From Thermodesulfobacteriota bacterium (lineage in GTDB: Bacteria; Desulfobacterota_D; UBA1144; Nemesobacterales; UBA2774), in assembly GCA_965223335.1 (NCBI GenBank), contig OZ244991.1, positions 864,001 through 928,000 of the forward strand: 64,000 bases of DNA, written 5' to 3'. The notes under the pieces are model-generated. The model had not been told where the DNA came from. It did not search any database and saw nothing but the letters and a program-made list of their open reading frames with translations. The position numbers were made by a program, and so were the translations under genes. Shown piece by piece: positions 58,564 through 64,000 of this stretch (positions are counted from its first letter, which is position 1; each line of letters begins with the position of its first letter).

Positions 58564-60960
58564 CTAGTTCTGCACACGCTCATTAATAACCTTGCGCAGA
58601 ACTTGGCCCAGGTCCTCAACCGTATAGGGTTTGGTTAAATAATCTTTAAAACCGTATTTTTCGTAATCGGACATAACAGGGTTATTTGAGTAGCCGCTCG
58701 ATACTATAGCGGTAACGTTCTTATCAAAGGTAACCAGTTCGCGGATCACCTCTTCCCCGCCCTTCTCGCCAGGGATCGTCAAGTCCAATATCACTGCGTC
58801 ATAGGGAAGCCCGTTCTCCACAGACTCCTTATAGCGTGTAATCGCATCCGAGCCCCTATCCACACAATCAACCGTATAACCGAGGGCACAAAGTGTTTTG
58901 TCCAGGAATTTCCTAATCGACTCCTCGTCGTCAAGTACAAGGATCTTGCCGTCACCCTTTAGGTCAACGCTCAGTTTTTCTACAGGAAGAACCCATTGTT
59001 GGTCCGAAGCCGGCATATAGAGATCAAACCTTGTCCCCTCACCCTCAGTTGAATCAACCGTTATCTTGCCCCCGTGTTGATTAACAATAGAGTAGGTCGT
59101 AGCCAGGCCGAGCCCGCTGCCCTCGGCCTTGGTGGTAAAATATGGGTCAAATATTTTTTGTAGATTTTCTTCCGATATACCCTCACCCTCATCCTCAAAA
59201 CTCACTCTTATAAAATCTCCTTGTTCTAGTCCCATAGTATTATTGCCATCGAGTGTTATATTTTCCGCATTCACCCTTATAATGCCTCCCTTGGGCATTG
59301 CCTGTTTAGCATTAATGATAAGGTTATTCAGCACCTGGTTCATCTGCCCCTGGTCAACTTCCACGGGTTTAATATCATCGGGTATCATAAGCTCGCTTTT
59401 TACATTCGAGCCCCTTAGCACAAACTCCATAGATTCCTGGAGCATATCTTTTACATTTGAAGTTGTTTTTATGGGAACTCCGCCTTTTGCAAACGTTAGC
59501 AACTGCTGTGTTAGGCTCCTTGCATGTATTGAGGCGCTCTCGGCATCGGTCAAAATCTTATCTACCTCTTTATTATGTTCGTAAGTTCTAGCCAAAGAGA
59601 TGTTGCCGAGTATTGTTGTAAGCAGGTTATTAAAATCATGTGCCAATCCCCCCGCCATAATCCCGAGAGATTCTAGTTTGGCATGCTTTTGAGCCTCTTC
59701 CTCCATAATCTTTTTGTCCGTTATATCCCTAGAGGTAACAACGGCCCTCACCTCGCCGCTAGCGGTCCTAAAAGGCTTCCCCGTGCTTTCTAACCAGCGC
59801 CATGTCTGGTTTTTATGTCTATATCTAAACTCCACATGACCACTGTCAAAACTTATTAGAGACGAGCTGAATATCTTCATCACCTCGGCCTGGTCGTCGG
59901 GATGGACATACTGAAAAATATTGGTCCCAATAAGCTCCTTCGGCTTATACCCGAGTTTTTCATCATGGTTCTGGCTTACGTACAAGAAGTTCCCCAGAGA
60001 GCTGGTTTCAATCACCATATCGTATGAATGATCTACTAAAACATTTAGTCGGTCCTGACTCTCAGTTAAAGAGTGCTCGGCTTTTTCTCTCTCTTCAATT
60101 TCCTTTTGCAGGGTCTCGTTTGCAGTGGTGAGCTCATCAGTCCTCTGTTGTATCTGGTTCTCGAGCTCCTGGTTTGAGCTCCGCAATTCGTTCTCGATCT
60201 TCTTATAATCCGTAATCTCCACAATAGAACATATAATCGCCTCAACTTGACCATCGTCTTTACGTAGAGGCGATGAAGAAAATTTCACATCAATCTTTCG
60301 GTTGCCTCTGTTCACAACATAGCCATCTACTTGTTTCATACCCTCTGTGGCCAAGAGCTCATCATAGCCATGATGTGTTAAAGGGTTACCCTTTCCAAAC
60401 ACAGTCGAGATGTGTTGGCCGCTAAGCTGCTCAGAACTAAAGCCCAACAGCCCTTCTGCGGCAGGATTTATATAAGTAATATTCAGGTCAGCATCCAAGA
60501 CCAGTATAGAACCAGGCACCGAATTCAAAATACCGTTTAGAAAAGAGGTCGAGTCCAAAGCTCCCGCTAACTCAGTAGCCATAGTGTTAATCGAGCCGGC
60601 CAAGTGGGCTAGTTCGTCCTCATTATCTATATCAACTCTGGCACTTAGATCGCCCGAGTTAATTTGTTGAGCGGTATCTTTTATTTTCTCAATCGGTTCT
60701 CTAACCACTCTATTTAAAGTCACAAACGTAAATGTAGCTAGTGCCAATAAAAAAATTGTCATTACTAAGATGATAATCGACTCGTTTTGGGTCCCCAGAC
60801 CAGAGATCATGCTTGGATCCGTATTTTCTATCGTCGTCTCAGATACAACCTGGGACAGCGATTCTGCATAGTTTGACACGTACAGAGCAGTGCCACCCAA
60901 TACAAGTATCGCAATGATTAGAAGCACATATGCGGTTAGGATCTTACTTTTAATAGTCAT
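58564..60960 (-). CDS. Hybrid sensor histidine kinase (TM-HAMP-PAS-PAS-HK-REC)
   Basis: AHDFNNLL, NLIINA, FDPYFTTK, GLGL, LDDE, LDLTIP, KP. Confidence 0.93.
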   Translation of the reverse strand: MTIKSKILTAYVLLIIAILVLGGTALYVSNYAESLSQVVSETTIENTDPSMISGLGTQNESIIILVMTIFLLALATFTFVTLNRVVREPIEKIKDTAQQINSGDLSARVDIDNEDELAHLAGSINTMATELAGALDSTSFLNGILNSVPGSILVLDADLNITYINPAAEGLLGFSSEQLSGQHISTVFGKGNPLTHHGYDELLATEGMKQVDGYVVNRGNRKIDVKFSSSPLRKDDGQVEAIICSIVEITDYKKIENELRSSNQELENQIQQRTDELTTANETLQKEIEEREKAEHSLTESQDRLNVLVDHSYDMVIETSSLGNFLYVSQNHDEKLGYKPKELIGTNIFQYVHPDDQAEVMKIFSSSLISFDSGHVEFRYRHKNQTWRWLESTGKPFRTASGEVRAVVTSRDITDKKIMEEEAQKHAKLESLGIMAGGLAHDFNNLLTTILGNISLARTYEHNKEVDKILTDAESASIHARSLTQQLLTFAKGGVPIKTTSNVKDMLQESMEFVLRGSNVKSELMIPDDIKPVEVDQGQMNQVLNNLIINAKQAMPKGGIIRVNAENITLDGNNTMGLEQGDFIRVSFEDEGEGISEENLQKIFDPYFTTKAEGSGLGLATTYSIVNQHGGKITVDSTEGEGTRFDLYMPASDQQWVLPVEKLSVDLKGDGKILVLDDEESIRKFLDKTLCALGYTVDCVDRGSDAITRYKESVENGLPYDAVILDLTIPGEKGGEEVIRELVTFDKNVTAIVSSGYSNNPVMSDYEKYGFKDYLTKPYTVEDLGQVLRKVINERVQN

Positions 60961-61111
60961 GAGTACTATCTATTAATAATGATAATATACAAATAGTATG
61001 ATGTTAAATTCCATCTAATTACAACCCTCTCCATTAATATAACTATTTTCAGCCGATTAACTTGAATAGATCGGTGATATGTTGTAATTTAGTTGATAAG
61101 TTTGATAATTT

Positions 61112-61285
61112 ACCTAGGTTAACGGTTTTTCTATAACTTAAAAGGGAAATCCGGTGAGAATCCGGTGCAGCCCGCTCGCTGCTGTAAGTAGTCCGTAAAG
61201 CCCTTTGCATTATGCCACTGGGATATCGATTCTGGGAAGGCGCAGAGGGAACCGAGGCTACAAGCCAGAATACCTGCCTTTAACC
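61112..61285 (+). ncRNA. Cobalamin riboswitch
   Basis: aggtt...aaagggaa-tccggtgagaatccgg...ctgtaa...gccactggg...ctgggaaggc...agccagaatacctgcc, upstream of a TonB receptor. Confidence 0.93.
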
Positions 61286-61337
61286 TTAATATTACTTTTC
61301 TTCGGGGGGAGAAAGTAAATGATATACCCATTTGAAT

Positions 61338-61365
61338 CACCTCCCGGTCATCTATACCGGGGGTG
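61338..61365 (+). promoter_or_regulatory. SD-sequestering hairpin (riboswitch expression platform)
   Basis: cacctcccggt/accgggggtg 10-bp stem with one bulge, 3 nt before the GTG start. Confidence 0.65.
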
Positions 61366-61368
61366 TAA

Positions 61369-63249
61369 GTGAAACACCTTCTAGTTCTATTTCTCGTTCT
61401 ATTTGGTATTACTCCTATCTACGCACAAGATGAAAGCGAAACACTAAGTCCCGTAGTAGTTGAAGGCACTCCACTTCGTATCCCGCTAGATTATCCCTCT
61501 GCCTTTTCTACCACTATCGAACTAGACGAGTACTTCGGCGAATTCAAGACCTCGTCCGAGCTCCTTTCCCTTTCCCCGGGCGTTTTCGTCCGCGATTTCG
61601 GGGGTTACGGTCAATTGCAAACTATATCCATAAGGGGATCGTCAAACGATCAGGTATCTGTGTTGCTAGACGGAGTCAAATTGAACAACCCCATCGGTGG
61701 CGGCATAGACCTCTCAACCATCCCCACTGCCTATGTCGAGAGGTTCGAGATCATACGCGGCGGCGCATCCGCACTTGCCGGGACCGATGCCATAGGCGGC
61801 GTAGTAAATATTGTGACCAAACCCACGAGTGTACCACTTACGGTTGCAACTGCTACATACGGTTCGTTTCAAACCTTTGCAGCCAATTTTACCAGGTCCC
61901 AGCAGATCGGAGACCTGGGCTATCTTGTCTCCGCTTCACACGCCCAGAGTAAAGGCGATTTTAAGTTCAAAACCATAAACGGTCTCACCCGAACCCGTAT
62001 TAACAATAAATTCCGTGCCGACAGCCTCCTCGCAAAAGCGGACTACCAACTCGAAAGCGGTTGGGAAATTCGCTTTCTAAACGAATTTTTCTACGACTCC
62101 AGGGGAGTACCAGGACTTGGGGAGTTCCAGCAAAGAAACGCTCATCAAAAAGACATACGCAACCTAACGAGTGTGGTATTCTCGAAACCCGAATTTTTGA
62201 GCCGAGACGTAGACCTCAACATAATTCTCTATAACCGTTTTGACTGGCTTAAGTTTACGAACCCCACACCCACAGTAGGTGTGCCTATCGATACCCGGAG
62301 CAATACTTACTCGGCCGGGCTAAACCCAAGACTTAGGTGGTTTGCGCCCTATAACCAAATCATCACAGTCGCAACCGAGGTAAAAACCGAGTTCCTCAAG
62401 AACGCTGATTTCGATAACCCCAAGCGTTTTACATATAGCCTGTTTGCCAGTGACGAGATCGGATTCTATGAAGGGAAGCTCATCATAAACCCTCTTATCA
62501 GATACGATGTATGGACCACATGGGGGGAACAAAGCGATACCGAAGGCGGGTTCTCTCCAAAGCTAGGGGTGTTGTTCTCTCCGCTTGAGTTTTTGATTAT
62601 AAAGGGCAATCTTGGCCGCTCATTCCGTGTACCCAGTTTCGGAGAGCTCTTTTTCCCGGAGCAGGGGTTCATCGGGGGCAACCCCGACCTAAAACCCGAG
62701 ACCTCGTATGACTTCGACGTTGGTATATTGCTCAGCCACCCGCGTGCAAAGTTTGAGATCATCTATTTCAGAAATAAAATCAAGAACCTCATACAGTTTG
62801 TATTCATAAACGCTTTTAGGATCGAACCCCGAAATTTGAGCGATGTTACAGAACAGGGCTTCGAAACATCCCTCGCACTTAGACCCCTGGACAACCTATA
62901 CCTCTACGCGGCCTACACTTTTTTGGACGGCGAGGTAAAAGACACAGGTGCACAACTGCCGGGGAGACCAAAAAACAACTTTGATTTCCGGGGGGTACTG
63001 GACCTAAACCTGTTCACAATTTTTTGGGAAACACACTATGTGGATAAGATCCCGCTTAACACCTTTCCCAACGGCAGGACAACGGATGCACGCACTACCC
63101 ACGATATCGGCGGCAAAGCTGCATGGAACAATATTTTTGTTACTATAGAGATCAAGAATCTGTTTAACAACCTTAATGTTCGCGACGCTCTCGATTTCCC
63201 CCTACCGGGCCGTACAGTGTTCGCCACAGCGGGGTTGAATTTTAAATAA
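61369..63249 (+). CDS. btuB: TonB-dependent cobalamin receptor
   Basis: Signal peptide, TonB box-like PVVVEG, plug ISIRGS and IGGVVNI, GNPDLKPE; downstream of B12 riboswitch. Confidence 0.85.
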   Translation: MKHLLVLFLVLFGITPIYAQDESETLSPVVVEGTPLRIPLDYPSAFSTTIELDEYFGEFKTSSELLSLSPGVFVRDFGGYGQLQTISIRGSSNDQVSVLLDGVKLNNPIGGGIDLSTIPTAYVERFEIIRGGASALAGTDAIGGVVNIVTKPTSVPLTVATATYGSFQTFAANFTRSQQIGDLGYLVSASHAQSKGDFKFKTINGLTRTRINNKFRADSLLAKADYQLESGWEIRFLNEFFYDSRGVPGLGEFQQRNAHQKDIRNLTSVVFSKPEFLSRDVDLNIILYNRFDWLKFTNPTPTVGVPIDTRSNTYSAGLNPRLRWFAPYNQIITVATEVKTEFLKNADFDNPKRFTYSLFASDEIGFYEGKLIINPLIRYDVWTTWGEQSDTEGGFSPKLGVLFSPLEFLIIKGNLGRSFRVPSFGELFFPEQGFIGGNPDLKPETSYDFDVGILLSHPRAKFEIIYFRNKIKNLIQFVFINAFRIEPRNLSDVTEQGFETSLALRPLDNLYLYAAYTFLDGEVKDTGAQLPGRPKNNFDFRGVLDLNLFTIFWETHYVDKIPLNTFPNGRTTDARTTHDIGGKAAWNNIFVTIEIKNLFNNLNVRDALDFPLPGRTVFATAGLNFK

Positions 63250-63273
63250 AAACTTTGTTAGGAGGTGTGCAGT

Positions 63274-64000
63274 ATGAGATTACAAATCCTATTTGTATTA
63301 CTAACCGGGGCTTTATTATTTTTGGTTGGATGCGACGAGCAGGGAGGGGGTGGAGGCGGATTCATTCCCCAGGGCACCATCCTTGCCGTGGCTGAGCGAG
63401 GTGGTGAGGAAGAGACAATTAAGGTCGGGGGCACCGAGCAGTCTGTCCCGCCGGGCAGCACGGTAGAGGTAACCAACCTGAGCACACTCGAGACCAAGAC
63501 CACAACAGGGCTTTCCGACGGCAGCTTCGACCCTTCATTCTCCGGCGATACAGACGACCTGTTCAATGTACTGGTGACCCAGGGTGAAAACATCGTGGAA
63601 GATGTCGTGGTAGGTGTCACACTACTCTCTGACTCCGTCCAACAGAACCTTAGAACGCTTGGGAGCGTGCCGGCCGATATCATGATCAGGGGTAACAGGG
63701 GCTATGTACTTAACGGCTTCTCAAACAATATACAGATCCTAGATCTCAACCAAAACCCTCCTACGGTCACAGGTACTATCACACTGCCCGAGAACTCAAA
63801 CCCCATCGCTATGGCATTTTTAGACGACACACGCGCCTATGTAGCCAACAATATCGGCCAGAGCGTAGCTGTGGTAAATCTGTTTACCAGGGTGTGCGAG
63901 ACTCTAATCGTACGAGCGGGCACAGGCAACGACCCTTCCCCCTGCCAAGACGTTATCACAATCGCAGGCACACCGTTTGAAGAGCCCGCAGGCATAGCCA
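63274..64000 (+). CDS. Lipoprotein with YncE/YVTN-like beta-propeller (BtuG-like), truncated by window end
   Basis: Translated by hand: SD aggagg, MRLQILFVLLTGALLFLVGC-DEQGGGGGG..., GYVLNGFSNNIQILDL, RAYVANNIGQSVAVVNL; open to 64000. Confidence 0.8.
   Translation, partial: MRLQILFVLLTGALLFLVGCDEQGGGGGGFIPQGTILAVAERGGEEETIKVGGTEQSVPPGSTVEVTNLSTLETKTTTGLSDGSFDPSFSGDTDDLFNVLVTQGENIVEDVVVGVTLLSDSVQQNLRTLGSVPADIMIRGNRGYVLNGFSNNIQILDLNQNPPTVTGTITLPENSNPIAMAFLDDTRAYVANNIGQSVAVVNLFTRVCETLIVRAGTGNDPSPCQDVITIAGTPFEEPAGIA

Noticed and set aside
61131..61340. 69-aa minus-strand ORF
   Set aside because: Overlaps the cobalamin riboswitch
63258..63683. 141-aa minus-strand ORF with poly-Pro
   Set aside because: Antisense to the real lipoprotein; the poly-Pro mirrors its Gly6 linker
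1..64000. CRISPR arrays, tRNA/rRNA genes, IS elements, integrases, prophage
   Set aside because: No regularly spaced repeats or recognisable RNA-gene or mobility motifs seen by eye; intergenic gaps are short. tRNAscan and Infernal were not run.

Overview
Gene-dense, chromosomal-looking bacterial DNA from a diderm. The gene content suggests a deltaproteobacteria-like lineage (Thermodesulfobacteriota s.l., possibly Dadabacteria), but this is inference only. I saw no rRNA, tRNA, CRISPR array, transposase or integrase. In order, the window holds: prs-rplY-pth-hppA and rpsF-rpsR-rplI (the latter with an S6:S18-type leader); a Cys-type Thi4; ridA and degQ; a FemAB-like GNAT-clpS-clpA operon; and a large metal-homeostasis locus. 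That locus has a near-consensus sigma70 promoter with a 21-bp Fur-type palindrome, a Fur-family regulator, a CbiMQO/NikMQO ECF transporter, a His/Cys-rich DUF2946-like uORF ending in RSPP, an outer-membrane channel, a ZnuABC-type transporter, a degenerate nuclease lipoprotein and an exported NiSOD. After it come an AT-rich three-gene secreted-protein cluster with a candidate sigma54 promoter; acs, an exported TldD, uppP, uvrA and an M42 peptidase; a YIDPGSGS micro-protein/kinase-methyltransferase/LtaS-like trio; an apparently inactive beta-CASP nuclease with a clamp-binding motif; npdG and two LLMs; maf-yggS-proC-yggT; oprB, oppA and a hybrid kinase; and a cobalamin riboswitch controlling btuB and a beta-propeller lipoprotein missing from the ORF track. 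Best candidate for a new system: a metal-sensing ribosome-arrest leader whose RSPP codons base-pair with the Shine-Dalgarno sequence of the downstream metal-uptake genes. All product calls come from motif recognition; no database searches were run.
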